Part shown: positions 49,012 to 62,790 of the stretch, piece by piece
Numbering within the stretch: the first letter of the stretch is position 1
Layout of the letters: every line of letters starts with the position of its first letter
Origin: Tubiluchus corallicola
Taxonomy: Eukaryota; Animalia; Priapulida
DNA: 64,000 bases
Direction of reading: 5' to 3'
Assembly (NCBI GenBank): GCA_030141605.1
Contig: JAQGDQ010000174.1
Coordinates: forward strand, 372,001-436,000
Position numbers and translations under genes: made by a program
The notes under the pieces: generated by a model
The model's input: only the letters and a program-made list of their open reading frames with translations
Told to the model about the DNA's origin: nothing
Database searches by the model: none

Positions 49012-52000
49012 ATGGCTGATGCTGAGAAAGCTGCAGTAGTGCGAGATCCTCGCGCAAAAAAGCCCGGGCGGTAAGTAAGTAATTATGAATGTGAAGCACA
49101 TTTTGATATTTTATATTTCTTGTCAACTTTATTCATTGCTGAGCCAGATGCAAAAACAAAATTATTTAAAAAATTAAACAGTCGCGAGAAAATGACAGAA
49201 ACAATATTCTGTTTAAAGTACAGTTGATACTTGATAGACTTCTGTGATGACTGGTTTAAAACTTAAAGCTGTTTTGCTTTTGAAGATATAGATACGGAAA
49301 TATATGTTTGGAATGTAAGATTCTTACTGGGAAACCTGTTACGAAATATTCAGTTAGATGAAATCTAAAGCACTTTTTGTGCCAACTGTAAAACCCCAGA
49401 GAGAATGAAAGAGAGAGTTGTGTGGTCTTTAGAAACCCCAAACTTTAGAAAAATACTGCTCCATAAAATATTCATATTCGGGAAAATGTTTAATGATATT
49501 AATCGCCAAGTTAAAACATTATTATGCAAAGAAGCTTTTTTTAGTTTAGCATAATCACTGTTTTGCTTTAACAAGCAAAATTTGTCAAGTAGATTTTTAG
49601 TGACTGTTTTTGTTTTTATATGTAATTATAGTGCAATATGTTTTGCAATGCTTTTCAGTATTTTGTGCAATAAATTGCAAGTTTTAATGATATTATAATT
49701 TTAATTAACATGAGAGAGCTTTGTCATTTGTCTTTTCTATGCAGGTCTAATTTCGATTTAACTGAATAACTGATCTTAAAAAGCATTATGATTTACACTA
49801 TGGTGAACTAAATCGACAATGCAAGCTGCAGTACAGTTCTGAAAACTGTAGTAGACAGTTCATGAAAACTTGCGATATCATAGCAGCTGACCATAATCAT
49901 GCTTTTATTAATGCAGTTAGTTGTTTTTGAAATCTTATATAATGACGTATGAGAACTTAACCCCATTTCATTTGTTCTTTGTACATTGTAAACTAAAACG
50001 TCCTGTCTCTTTGAGTTACCATTCATTAGTGACTTGTTTTTGCATGTGCCACGGAACATAACAAACATTATCATTTCTAAGAATTTCTAGTGGCTATGCT
50101 GTTCCTTTTGTTCCAATAGAGGATGTGCCAGGGTTAGTGTCAATTTGTGAAATTTACATACAGCAACAGCAAGAACTAATCTTATTTAATTTATTTCACT
50201 AAATACAAAAAATTATATGACTGCTTGGTGGGGCAGGTTAGTTTAGATTAAAAGATTATTACAGCTTGTTGTAAAGTGAACTTTTATCTCTAGGCTATAT
50301 TGTAAAGGAATATTTACTGGCTACAAGCGTGCATTGAGAAACCAGAGGGAAAACACTGCATTAGTAAAAATTGAAGGATGCATAACCCGAAAGGACACTG
50401 ATTTCTACCTAGGTAAACGATGCGCTTACGTGTACAAGGCAAAAAAGTAAGTATTGCCTCATGTTTCTATAGATTAGAAGATCACAATCTCGGTTTCTTA
50501 TTAGCCAATTCATTCTTTTTTTACTGCCGGTCTAAGTCTTTTACTTCCGAGAGTGATGTGTAATAATATTCAACATGAAATGCTCATCTTTATTATTTGG
50601 ATAGTTTTACATCAGGGGTGTGCAAATTGCGGCCCGCGGGCCACTTGCGGCCCGCCGAGAGAATTTGTGCAGCCCGCGAAGAGGTTTGTCTACCTAATGA
50701 AAGTGCGGCCCGGGCGATTTATTGAGTGTATCCAGCTGAAGTCTGTACCACAATCCCAAAGATAGTGCGGGTAGTTTTTTCTACTAGATCGGATGCCATT
50801 AACCCTTACAAGACGGTTGTAGCTTAATGTTACTTTACTACACAGACTGTGTGATACACATTACTAATATGCATTGTAATGAAATTACCACTATCTGTCC
50901 TGAAAGTAGAAATATATGGTTTGTAATATAAATTTTAATAACTTCTAAAATAGTTTCTTGAGTGTACTAGTGATGATGTACGCAGGTCGGATGCAAAAAA
51001 ATCGTTATTAGGCCTTTCTCTACTTGATCAAACTGCCTGTGGCCCGCAGCAATTGCGGGAAAGTTTTTAGTGGCCCGGCTAGTCAGATAGTTTGCACACC
51101 CCTGTTGTACATTGTCATAATCACGTCATTCTGAGTTTTAAATTGACGCTGTTCAATTTGACAACTTTATTGTTTTTGGCACTACCAGTAATGTCGATCC
51201 AAAGATATTGCTGAAGCAATTTGTGTAACTTTTTTGCAAGTAAGGAAATCATATCTGACAATGAAGTCAGTGATTAGCGTGTTCATATCCAATATCTGGT
51301 TCACTTGTATTTTTTGGTATTACAGCCTGTTGTTTTGCTGTAGTTAAACAGAACAGGAAGTTAATTAAAAAATAATACTTGTTTGTGTTAGCATTTTTGA
51401 GCAGAACTGCAGTTTGAGGTACGTTTTTCATTTTCAGTAAAACACCAACGCCTGGCCGTGATAAGCCAAACAGAATACGAGTAATATGGGGTAAAGTGAT
51501 GCGGCCACATGGTAACAGTGGTGTTGTAAGAGCAAAATTTCGTAGAAATCTCCCGGCCACAGCTATGGGAAAACGAATTAGAGTGGTAAAGTCTTTTTCT
51601 AATTTTTGCAATTAAGTTTTGTACTTGTTGCTGTTGCGGTAACACAGATAGTTCTTAATTACAAGAACTGGAGTGATTAATAAGGAAGCTTACGTTTCCA
51701 GTGTTTTACAATTTACTCTGTCCGCTAGACGCTTTTCAACTCCAAAGGTATTTTTCAAATTTGAGTTGAAATTTGGTAAGATGATTTGATGGGTCTGTGG
51801 TTATAAACAAAAAAATTGTACCAATTCCTTCGCGTTAATTAGAGCTTTTTGTTAATTTGTTTTTTAGTCGAAATTGACTTCAAATAAGCAGTATGTCACA
51901 AGACTGCCTTTCATATCATAATTGCGTAAACAGATGTGCCCAAAGTGAATTAGGGCACAAACTCTGGTTTTCTCCTATCTGGGCAATTGTACTGGCCACT

Positions 52001-52550
52001 ATGCCACAGAGGCACGCTATTTCTCGGACCTAGAAATTTACTCTACAAGCTACTAGACGTTTTACATACGTGTTTAAAACCCGGTTAGATGACTACATAT
52101 AAAAATTTATAGATATATCTATAGATACTTAGAAATGCATATGTACAATTCTACATTCATTGATTATATACACTTTCAAAATGCATTTAATTAGCTGAAT
52201 CATATCACTTGGAAATACTAGTGAAATTAGTGAAATATGAAATTTTGCTAAAAATTTAGTCAATTAAAATTAATTCTTAAGATAAAAAACCTTTATTTTT
52301 CCTTTGTAAACTTTAAAACGTGTGACCCATCTTATATTTTAGCAATAATGAAAGGATGGTTGTAATAAGTAATCTGTAAATGTAAAAGTCTCATTTTAAC
52401 ATTGAGTAGCTTGTGAACAAATTTTTTTATTTCCTAATAATCTGATTTTTTAGTAAATTGTCTCATAAATTGTTGGCATATTATGTACTGTGGACTTTCA
52501 TTAGTTTTTTTTATATTTTATTTCAGATGCTGTATCCATCAAGAATATAA
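49012..52550 (+). CDS. RPL35A: 60S ribosomal protein L35a (eL33)
   Basis: Exons 49012-49070, 50294-50446, 51438-51585, 52527-52550 give [48 protein letters not shown]...[14 protein letters not shown]...[49 protein letters not shown] at 52574. Confidence 0.96.
50613..51104. mobile_element. hAT (Charlie-like) MITE in an RPL35A intron
   Basis: TIRs CAGGGGTGTGCAAA and TTTGCACACCCCTG; 8-bp flanks TTTTACAT/TTGTACAT (7/8); many GCGGCCCG subterminal repeats. Confidence 0.88.
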
Positions 52551-54680
52551 TGTAAAGCATTGTGTATGATAAGAATAAATTTGGGTTATTTAGAACGTTT
52601 CTGTCAAGCCGCTTAGTGTGAGTTATGAAGACACAGAAATTTGATTGCATCATCTTACATGCTATTTACATTGTTAACAAACCAACAACCAAACTGTCTT
52701 GTATCGTTGTTAGATAGAGTACAGTCTATATGACCGGACTGTGTCCATCTGAAATAAAAAGGGCTGTTCTCAGCAGGGTTTGAGTGAAGTCATTAGCAAT
52801 TAATTTTGTTTTACAATTGGGCAGACTGCAAATCAGTAGCAAGGTCTAGTCAGTATGGATGGTGATGGTGGCAGACTTCATCATCTTGCCTCTGTGATTT
52901 AGCTAGACAGAGAATGTTCAAATGCATGTGAACTAGACTTACCTGTGCAAATTAATAGTGGTTTTGTGCTTATTAGGAGTCCTTTATGGTAATGGGATGA
53001 AGACTAAATTAACGGATGTTTAACTGTTACATGAAATTTAAAGCACAAAAAACCCTCCACTTACATAAAGCTTAAAAAATTCGTCTTGAAATTTTATACC
53101 ACTTTCAATACTGCTTTTTGCATAGAGGGCTTGCGTCAGCAGTAATGCTGTATTAGACATAAATTTAAACTCCTGCAATGACTGTTAGACAGCCATTTTG
53201 ACGATAAGTCATTTGAAACAAGTTTAGATAACACTGAGTAAAGTTTGAAAAAATAATCAGAGTATTTGCAACGCATGCGTTACTAATGCAAGTAAAATTT
53301 TAAATTACTGTATCTTGTCAATAAGATTAAAAATACGTTTCTTGGTTAGTGAGTGCTGCACCCTAGAGGTGAGTCAATGATATTTTATCAATGGGTGAAA
53401 ACATTTAAATAATTAATAATTTTCTTTTCTAGTTACATAAATCTTTCAGCAGGGTAAGCAAAATGCTAAGTAATGTAACTTTGCATGGAAAGTCTTTTGG
53501 GACATAGCTTTACATTTGCTTTTCTTCCCCTCATTTACATACTTTTATATGACATATAATGGCACGGTCGGAACAGTGTTGCAGGAGATTTAAAATAAAA
53601 ACAAAAAATCCTTTCGACGCAAGTATATTTACGCATAAAATTGCTATAAGCTAACAGTTTTTTAAGTTGATTTTCTGAAACCTACTTCAGGTACCCTTTT
53701 CTTGTCCTTGAACATTTATGTTATAGAATTAGGCCAATATTTTAGCTAAAACAAGTTTGTTCAACAAAATTTGAACTAACTTTCAAAGTTAAACGAATTT
53801 AAAGTTAGTTAGTGATATCAGTAACTAGGTAATGGAATAAGTATGAGGATCAAGTAAATTATATGAGTCTGTACTTGCAGAGGCAGGAGAGAGACATCAG
53901 ACCATTTAATTTTACTGAACTTTAAACATTAGCAAGCCATGCTTAAATTTTTCTATTTGAGTCACAATAGAGGGCGACACAAGCTGTGCTAAAATAAATA
54001 AAAGCAACATGAGTAGATTCTTGTCTTCTACCTACACTACATTTCAATTATTTTAGTTAAGTAGTTCAGGTGATCTGTGCATTTACTATCTCAGTACCCT
54101 GAAAGCATTTTATTCATTTTGCCCTGAAACCAAACTATAATCAAGACTCCGGTATTCTTACTGAGTGAACAAGAATGTTTTAAAAGCTTTTTCAGTTTTT
54201 GTTCACACGAGTCTACTACGAAACTGTTGTACAGTCGCATTCCAGTAACATCAGAATGTCTTATCACAAATAAAATGGCATCTATAGTGAAACAGTAAAT
54301 ATCTGCAATGTTGCACAATATTATTGCACAAGTTTTATTTTACTTTTTTTAAGTAAAACATTTTGTCAATAAAGAAAAGAAACTACATCTTTCAACATCT
54401 AAAACTTTTCATGTAATTGGAAGTTGAGTTGTTGGAATTTATACAATGTTAGTACCGTTTAGCACGTGCATTAATAATTGCGTTCATTCAAGTGCAATTA
54501 CATTTTACAGTTATTTCTATAAAGGTATAATAGTGTTAATTTTACCAATGATGTGATAATTTCACTCCAGAAAAACATGTAAATGCGATAATTTTAACAA
54601 TTTCTAAATAGAATAATTGCTGTAAAAATTTGTAATGCAGTATTAACTACTAGTCTAGACTGAATGGCGATTTACTCTTC

Positions 54681-57435
54681 CTAAGTTACACAAGCACAGC
54701 AGCAAGCAAGCAGCGCACCCATAAACGTGATGAGTTGATAAGAGAGAGTAAACAGATAAACTGTTCGGTTGCACCAGTTTTTATCTACCATGTTTCTTGG
54801 CTCGTAAGACACACCAACGATGCGAATTAGCCAGTAGCATCCTGAAAAAATCCAAGCGTGATTTGATAATAAGGTTATATAATAGTTTTTACACTGGAAA
54901 CTGTAGACAAATTCAAAAATAGCATCAAAATCGGACATTATCAACTGTTAAACTGCAGAAACATTAGATAATTATAATAGAATAGCAAAATTTCTATCAC
55001 GATCTGAGTGACAAAGCTAAATAATGAGTGAATGGATAAATTAGTAAACATAGGATGTACGTTCTGGCATGATAACCAATCCCAGGAAATATGGAGGAAA
55101 GTTCTGGCATGATGGCATGGACATTCGAAAGAAACCAAATAATAGTGTGTAAAACAGCTACAGAAATATTATTACAAAGAATTAATTTGTTAGCCGGTGG
55201 ATGAATGCTTGTCCAGGGAAGCTCATTACGCATTTTCTCGTATTGTAACATGTACTTCGGGGAATCAAGTCGGCTTTCAAAAATTTAGGTTTTGTATTTT
55301 GCTGGATTTAACCAACTACAGAAATGAGCTATTGGGTGCATACATTTATTGAAAAAATGTGGAAATCTGAGATAATAATATTAATTAATAACAGAGTGAT
55401 AACAGTTTGTTTATTATGAAGCACTTATTGAGTCATATTGTATTGAAGCAGTATTTTAGTACCTACCTGCAATAAACCATATGATCAGAAACCAGAAGAC
55501 GAGTGAACTAATAATGCGGAGTGCCTTTGGACTTTGTTTTTCCCGTACAGCAACGAATAGTAGTTGTGCACTTTCAATCACTCCAAATATTCCACCAACA
55601 ATTAGATACACAGGAATAAGCCTTTCAGCTGGGCATTCATTTCTGTGAACTGTCCCTGCATTAAAAATAACATTTTGTTGAGATATGAGCATTGTCATGA
55701 TTTGTTTTTTTAATAAAATGCTTGTTCGTGAAATGCCATAGCAAAGCGTTGCGTTAATGTTAATATATTACGTAAAATGGCCTTATTAGACGTATTAATA
55801 ACAACAAATAACACATTCGCCGGATAATTTTACTAAAATAATTTTCATGTATTCCAGACATTATTTTTCTAACAGTCATCTGCTTACCTATACAAACCAT
55901 CACGATCCCCAGGACTAGGGTAAATACAAACCAACATGTGAGGCATTCTGCAAAAAAGTCACAGCATTTAATTCAGTTCATTAACTTTGCTTTTTATAAG
56001 TAATTGTGTCAAATTTGTCGCCTATACAGTCTTTGTTAAAAGTTGGTAAATGGAGCTCTCTCACTTATTCCCTGGTGACAGTGCAACCTTTTATTAGTGA
56101 TCATATGGGTGCTTAGTGCAAGGTTTTCCACGAGGGCTGTTTAGCTATTAAGCAAATAAGGCTGTAGCTTTGGGCCCTTGAGGCCGATGACCAATTAAAA
56201 AAAGATAATGATTTATTAAATAGGATAATAAAACTATTTAAACTGAATATGTTGAAAATAAGGGACATTTATTTTTCTTCATTTGCATAGCCATTAAGTA
56301 CGTGAGCAATTGAGCCTATATAGTATACATAATATTTCATTTTTCATAGATTATTTGTGTACATAGGCCATTTAATCACAAGAATTTGACAGTTGCAAGA
56401 GTATGACGTCTCTGGCCATCCATTTAATATCAAGTGTCCGGTCGATTTCAAGGACTTACCTACCTTGCGTTATAATGGCGTTATCATATGCACCATCACG
56501 TACTAACTCCATATATAGATATCGATATCACGCCGATGTACCTCTTTGTACATTTTATTCTTCCTCTTCCCAAAGACAGGCAAATATCCAAATGTGTGAG
56601 TCTAGTGAAAAATGGAATATTTTGTGTGTGTGTGTGTGCGTGCGTGCGTGCGTGTGTGTGTGTGTGTGTGAGTGTATGTATGTATGTATTGGTAGGCAGG
56701 TATGTGTATTTATGTATGCATGTACATTTGTGTATGTACGCAATTTATTGACAAAAATATTTTCATTTACAACAAAAGGGTATACACTTCAAATTTCTGT
56801 TTTCTAGAATACACTTGAACAAAAATATAGTTCTTTATAATGTTCAGTTTAAATAATGTTGCTAAACAGCACTATCTCTGTTTAACTGGTCATCGATTTC
56901 AGGAATCCGAGAGCCTATTAAAATTTAGGGCCCGAGGTTACCTTATTAGTCTAGTATTAACCCGCCCTGGGACTTGGGCACTGTGTATGCTCATTTTTAT
57001 ACGTTTTCTGAGCGGACTGATAGAAATAAAAGCTTACTAAATGATTATGAACTGTTGGTCTGAAATTCACCAAAACGTGACTTGGGATTTTCAAAGAACA
57101 GGGTCTTCAATTTCTGTCCTGGCAGAAAGTTAATTGCATGCGCTTTTTTAAAAGCTCAGTGAAAGTAGATATTATGAAACCCTCTAGCTCAAATAAAACA
57201 TATGGTGTTATATAAAAATAAGGAGAGTACCTACATCTAGAGTTAACGAAGAAGTTCTAACAGTAAACTTCAAACTAAAATCTGTCATTGCAATCGCGCG
57301 GCAAAGTATCTTTCATTACTGGTGTTTATGCGATTAGATTTGGCAAACACTTTAGATCGGTTGAATATCTTAGATATAATTTAATGCACGTAAAACAATT
57401 TGAGACTAAAGTAACTTACTTTTAGCCGCACTCAT
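54681..57435 (-). CDS. TMEM272-like four-transmembrane protein
   Basis: Phase-1 GT-AG exons 57435-57420, 55947-55888, 55655-55467, 54841-54681 give MSAAKKCLTCWFVFTLVLGIVMVCIGTVHRNECPAERLIPVYLIVGGIFG...FLIIWFIAGCYWL...WCNRTVYLFT...CCCACVT*. The CP....IP.YL.V.G, WFI.G..W and C..T.Y.F motifs fit the TMEM272 family. Confidence 0.82.
56131..56969. mobile_element. degraded hAT-like MITE containing a (TG)n/(TGCG)n/(TATG)n microsatellite (about 56623-56740)
   Basis: Ends GAGGGCTGTTTA and TTAACCCGCCCTG with GGGCCC subterminal motifs; no clear TSD. Confidence 0.45.
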
Positions 57436-57889
57436 TTTGAATGCTTCTAACAGCCCAAACCAAGTTTGATTTAGAGCGATACTGGTGCTTACTGGTGTTT
57501 TGCCGAATCCAGAAAGCACCAGCTAGTGCGCTGATGCACTGAAGTAACTAAGACAAACACATTCTATATAGTCTGTGATGTCACTTAGTGATAGCCATGC
57601 AGTTAACAATACATGTTAGATTCTAAACTGAAGGATGGTAAGTTCTTAGTGCTGAAAACAAAACATCATTATTCGACCATGTAGGCCTGTTTCCAGTGTT
57701 ACTAGAAGCTACTATCGCTTATAGGCTGTCCTCTACAAAGAATACACACAACTTGTATACTACGAAGAAACACTCTATTAGATTTTTTCAAGGTTTTCGA
57801 TATTTCGAGTTCTTCACACATACTTTCAGTGCATACAAACGCTAAAAATGTTTCAACTTACGTTTTTAACTGTGCGCTGATTCGATTTG

Positions 57890-58470
57890 ATTTATTTTTT
57901 ATTCCAAACATAAAGTTTATATTCAAAATACAGTTACAACAACAATAAACAACAATTAAATAACATACACACACAAATAACTTACAAGGTTACCCTACTA
58001 TATAATATTTACAATTAAGACCCGAAGCATGGGCTCCGACTCATGGTAACTGATTAAATTAAACACTCGTGTATAGTAAGGTGCGCCAGTACTTTCGTAT
58101 AACGGACGTATGTACAACATCACTCTGTAATATTGCTCTACAAATAAATTGTTACTATTTAAAGTTCTATTTACAAGAGTGAACACACTTCTATGTATCA
58201 CGTCAAAATACAGCAAGTTCAGTTCAATTGACATAGACCTAGCGCTGTAGTCGTAAGGGTAGAGTGAACACACTTCTATGTAGCTAAACAACTTTCTCAT
58301 ACAAACATTGTATGCTACTTTAAGTTTTTTTTTCAAATTATAATGATAAAAGTATCTACATATTGCCATACAATAAAAATTACCACTAAAAGAGTTAAAG
58401 AGCTGTTTTTCCACATTTGCAGTACAAAATTTAAATTTTCTAATTAGTTTGTTAGCTCGGTAGTAAAAAA
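57890..58470 (-). mobile_element. LINE 3' fragment
   Basis: YYRANKLIRKFKFCTANVEKQLFNSF...KLKVAYNVCMRKLF...SARSM resembles the post-RT region of non-LTR ORF2; AATAAA-rich tail near 57890. Confidence 0.65.
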
Positions 58471-59104
58471 GAGATTTTTCTTTGTTTTTGTCTTCATCGT
58501 CCTTATTTTCTTTAGTACTAAATTTTCCCATTTTGCTCTGGAATCAGTACTGTTATACTCTCAACCAGACTGGCGCACCCCGAAATAGAAACCAATTAAT
58601 CAGTCAAAAACGTTTTGAGCTATTTTACCGTACCTATTTAGAAGAACCGTGCAATATAAACCATGTAAATTATATCTTACACTTTGAATTTCCTTTTTCC
58701 TCTGCCAAAATCGAAAACGTTAGAGAAGGTAAGACATGTTGCTGAACTTGCTTAATAATAAAATGTCAAATTTGGGTCTGAATCAATCCCGGCTTCAAAT
58801 TCTGTTTCTTTTTACTGTAAGCAATGTTCGGTGTTCGATAAGAGATGTCAGTCATATCATAACTATCATTACGTAAATGGATATGCCAAAACAGGTAGGA
58901 TGGTTCTCGGAATAAGACAGTTTTTACTGTGTGAGACCTATAAGCGGAAATTATTAACAAGAAACCTCGTTAACCTCCCACTCTATTATTTGCGGCATAC
59001 TAGTCAGCCTACGCGTTGCTTGTGACTTTGTTAGCATAGCAGATACCGTCACCACTCAGCTATACAAACCCATCAGACACGTGTAATCTGAAGTGATGTC
59101 GAGA

Positions 59105-59290
59105 TATTTTCGCCACAAAACATTTGGACGCAAGGTCATTTGGACACTAGGTACTAGATACATAGATAATTTGGACACGAGGTAATTTTGACACAAGGTG
59201 TTTGGGATACATAGGCTATTTAGACACACAGGCCATTTGCACACACAGGCCATTTGCACACACAGGCCATTTGCACACATAGGTCATCTG
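59105..59290 (+). repeat. tandem 16-17 bp minisatellite (about 11 units, consensus CATTTG[GC]ACAC(A)NAGG[CT])
   Basis: Adjacent units CATTTGGACGCAAGGT, CATTTGGACACTAGGT ... CATTTGCACACACAGGC x2, CATTTGCACACATAGGT. Confidence 0.8.
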
Positions 59291-60958
59291 GTCGTAAATC
59301 AACTTGACACAAGAATTGGACGCAGTAACAGTATGGCAGTAAGCCATGGGCAGGTTTTTTCGTCTTTCAATGTTTTGAAATCCTCACTGGAGGCAGCCTC
59401 AGTGTCGAATTGCATTACTATATTTCGCCTTTTGGTTTAACCAGATGAGCAAGCATGTTAAAGAATAATTATTATTTCCATTCTACCAATAATAACTAGT
59501 CTAGCGACAAAAACTGTTGATAAGTCTGTATGTATATAAAAATTGAAAGATACCTGTCACACGGCTCCACATTTTTCTTCGTAAATTTTATTTTTAAGCA
59601 AATACTTAGCCAACTTAATACAGTTTTGTGTTGAATTTTTATACTATCATGGCTGTAGTTTTCAGGAACCAAAACCGTGTCATTTTTGTTAATTGTAATG
59701 AGAGTCCAATATGTTGGCATTAAGGTAGCATCTTCATTGTGCAGCCCCATTTTTGTCCATAGCTAGGAGTAGTTTTTTAAGCAAGAATCAAAAGCTACAT
59801 TGGTTACAATATGCAAGAATATCTTTCCATTATTTTATTGAAGGCATGAAAGCTAAAGGAACAACAACACATTTCAGGAAGCTGAATGCGTTACATTTTG
59901 ATATTCCCGTTTACTGATTTTAGCGTAAAAACTAGTTCTGAATTCACCCATCAGGGTACTTAGTATGACGTGTTTTTAATGGAATTGAAGCGTCAGTAAG
60001 ACTGATAGGGAGTGTCAATAGTTGCTTTTGACTTGCTACATTTAAAACTAAATAATCAATGCCCGTGTGCGAAATTAATTTGCTACCGTCTTTACAGCAT
60101 CTATACAGGAAGTAGGTGATCAATACATGATGCGTTAGACAAAAAATTTTCTCGATTCCAAATAGATGTTTTAATTTTAATTATCGTATCCATTCTCTAC
60201 ACGACCATTTTGTTTACTGTTAAAAACTTTTATTGCACTGCCGTCCTTGTCATCGCCGTCGTTGTCGCTGTCGTCATTATTGTGTGCTTTCTTACCAGCT
60301 ATTCGAGTTCAACTATGTTCAACTATGATAAAATGGAGAACCAATACCATGGTGTTAAGACTCTTAATTCAAAATGTCACAATTTTGGTATTTTAGGCAT
60401 TTTAGCCCACTGTGAGCATTGATTGTGGGTCTTTCGAACTTCTAACACATTATACCAGTAGTTTTGTAACTTTGGTAAAACTTCAAACGTTTCACCATTG
60501 ATTCTGCACAGGCTTTGACAATATAAATATGTAGTGAGAAGAGACGGCATACCAGTTAGTCGAGAGTGTTGCTTGTTGCAATAGTTAGCAGAATATATCG
60601 TCACGTAACTTTCACTCAAGATTTGCTCCAATCAAACCGGTGTAATTATCATTTAACAACCTCAAGAAGAAGCCATTAGGACCGCTATTATCACCGAAAT
60701 ACTCATAGATTAAGCGAGTGGCACTTGTTTAGGATGAACAATTTGTGGAACGTATAGAATGCAATTATTCTACCTGGTTGTAATTATCTACTGCCTAATT
60801 ATTAACCTAGACGCAATTTTTCTTTCTTTGTTCGATTAATTTGTTGAGGACGTTCATAAAATACAATTCACTATTTTTTTGACAAGTCTTTTATAAAAAA
60901 TATCAAGGTGTGCTACTTAATTTTCTTAGTTATAGGAGATGCATCATTTTGCATACAG

Positions 60959-60997
<39 letters not shown>

Positions 60998-61922
60998 TAA
61001 CTGCCGTTAGTTATACTGAATAACTGTTGTTAGTTGAATTATTGCTAGACTTCGAGCCCTGCACCAGCGTATGATTTTGCAGTTCATCCGTTAAAGCACA
61101 ACAGGTATTAATTTCTCAAATAAATCTTTTTCATAAGGTATAATATGGAAATATTTCGCTATATTTCTGAAAAAAGTACGGTCAACAAGTACGCCTTTTT
61201 GGCTTATGTAAACACGCTTTGCAGTCCGTCATTTTACATGACAACAAAGAGTAGAAAATCTTTATTTATCGTGCCTTTCTAACCATTTCCTTTTATAAAG
61301 TACTAGCTGTTGTTTTTTATATTTTAAGGACCCCGCTCGCGTAAAGTCAGTGTGCTCGTTATTGTAAATTAGGCCATATATTTCCTCTCGTTAAATACCC
61401 TTTTGTACCATGAATAGAGTTAATTATCCCTGGACTTAATTATGCCTGCCTTTCACGGAATTTCGATAATGGAACGCATTATAAGGGTTCTTGCAACAAT
61501 ATTAATCAAATTTGCAGTACAGCAGATAAGGCTTATTGCAACACATTTATAAGAAAAACCGATAGAAGCACACAAACAGCTAATAATAGCTAACTATTAA
61601 AAATCTGCATTTCTCATTTTCACGGTTTTTTACAGAAATCCAGGTTGTAGCGCGTTGGTTATTGGAAATGCTAAATTCGCAGTGTATTTTGCTTAGTTGT
61701 GTCTTTGCTTCTTTAGATTCGTGTGAGCGTATCTACTATTGGTTTATCTTTTATTGGTAGTAAAAAATCTATGTATATTTTATGTAATATATAGTACCGT
61801 ATACTATATATATATATATAAAACGATTGTGTATAACACAATATATAATAAACAAAATTGTGCTATAGATCCCGTTTTCTTGACGTTTGCTGTGTCAAAG
61901 CTGCTCCAAATTTACTATTCAC

Positions 61923-61959
<37 letters not shown>

Positions 61960-61961
<2 letters not shown>

Positions 61962-62790
61962 ATCTTTATTTGCCATTAAAAACATTGATAATCACTGATA
62001 AAAACTTTACAGAGATAACCAATCAGTGTTAGTTAATAAAAACTTACACTGCTAAAGGCAAATGCGTCAGTGCAATCTAAACTACTGTGCAGTAATGACG
62101 AATAAAATCAAACATATTTACAACCATACACAAAAAAAAAATAAAAAAAAACAAAAAAAAACTATGATTTAATTAATATGGCCGTGGGTATATGAATTCT
62201 GAATTAGTGTGTATGTTGTCGTACTGGTGCGATGGTATTTCATATCTGGTTAATACTAGTGATTTTAATTTTGTTTTAAATGCCGATAGGGACTTAATTT
62301 GTTTAACCTGTAATGGTAGAGAATTCGAAAGTAAAATTGCTTGTTTGATTACAGAGTTCGTTCCATAGTGGGTATTTGTCCTAATTTGTTTTAGATTGCT
62401 TGTTCTGGAATTAACGATAGGATTTGGAAAAAAGGTAAATCTGTTATTCTGGAATGGTTTGCTGATGTTGTTAATGTATTTAAATATAAAAAGCAGAGTA
62501 AAATATTCTTTGTGTGCTTCAATGATTGGGAATTTTAAAGTTTTTCTCAGGTTAGTTGTTGAAGCTTTGAATTTTTGTCTACCTGCCTTATGATTGTATG
62601 AGTACCCAGCTATCAATCTCAACGCATAGTTTTGAAGGAGATTTAATTTTAAGTAATTTTCTCTTTTGGTTTTTTGAAGTAGCGTACATCCATATAAGAA
62701 GTGTGGTAGAACTAAAGTTTTATACATTAGTGTTTTAGTTTCCTTTGTTAGTTGCCCTTTAACTTGTCTGAGATATGATGTGCTAGATCT
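61960..62790 (-). mobile_element. 5'-truncated LINE (L2/CR1 group) ending in a (TA)n tract
   Basis: MYKTLVLPHFLYGC...KLNLLQNYALRLI...NSLPLQVKQIKSLSAFKTKLK is a typical ORF2 C-terminus; 3' UTR ends AATAAAGATTATT followed by (TA)n at 61926-61958. Confidence 0.8.

Noticed and set aside
49244-49250. C/D snoRNA C box (GTGATGA) in RPL35A intron 2
   Set aside because: No CTGA D box or terminal stem at a suitable distance.
51267-51645. Minus-strand ORFs of 114 and 85 aa (likewise 2113-2379, 11684-11878, 34880-35089)
   Set aside because: Antisense shadows of real exons.
56403-56807. Cys/Val-rich ORFs
   Set aside because: Produced by the (TG)n/(TATG)n microsatellite.
59105-59290. CRISPR-like array
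   Set aside because: Units are adjacent with no unique spacers, there are no cas genes, and the context is eukaryotic.
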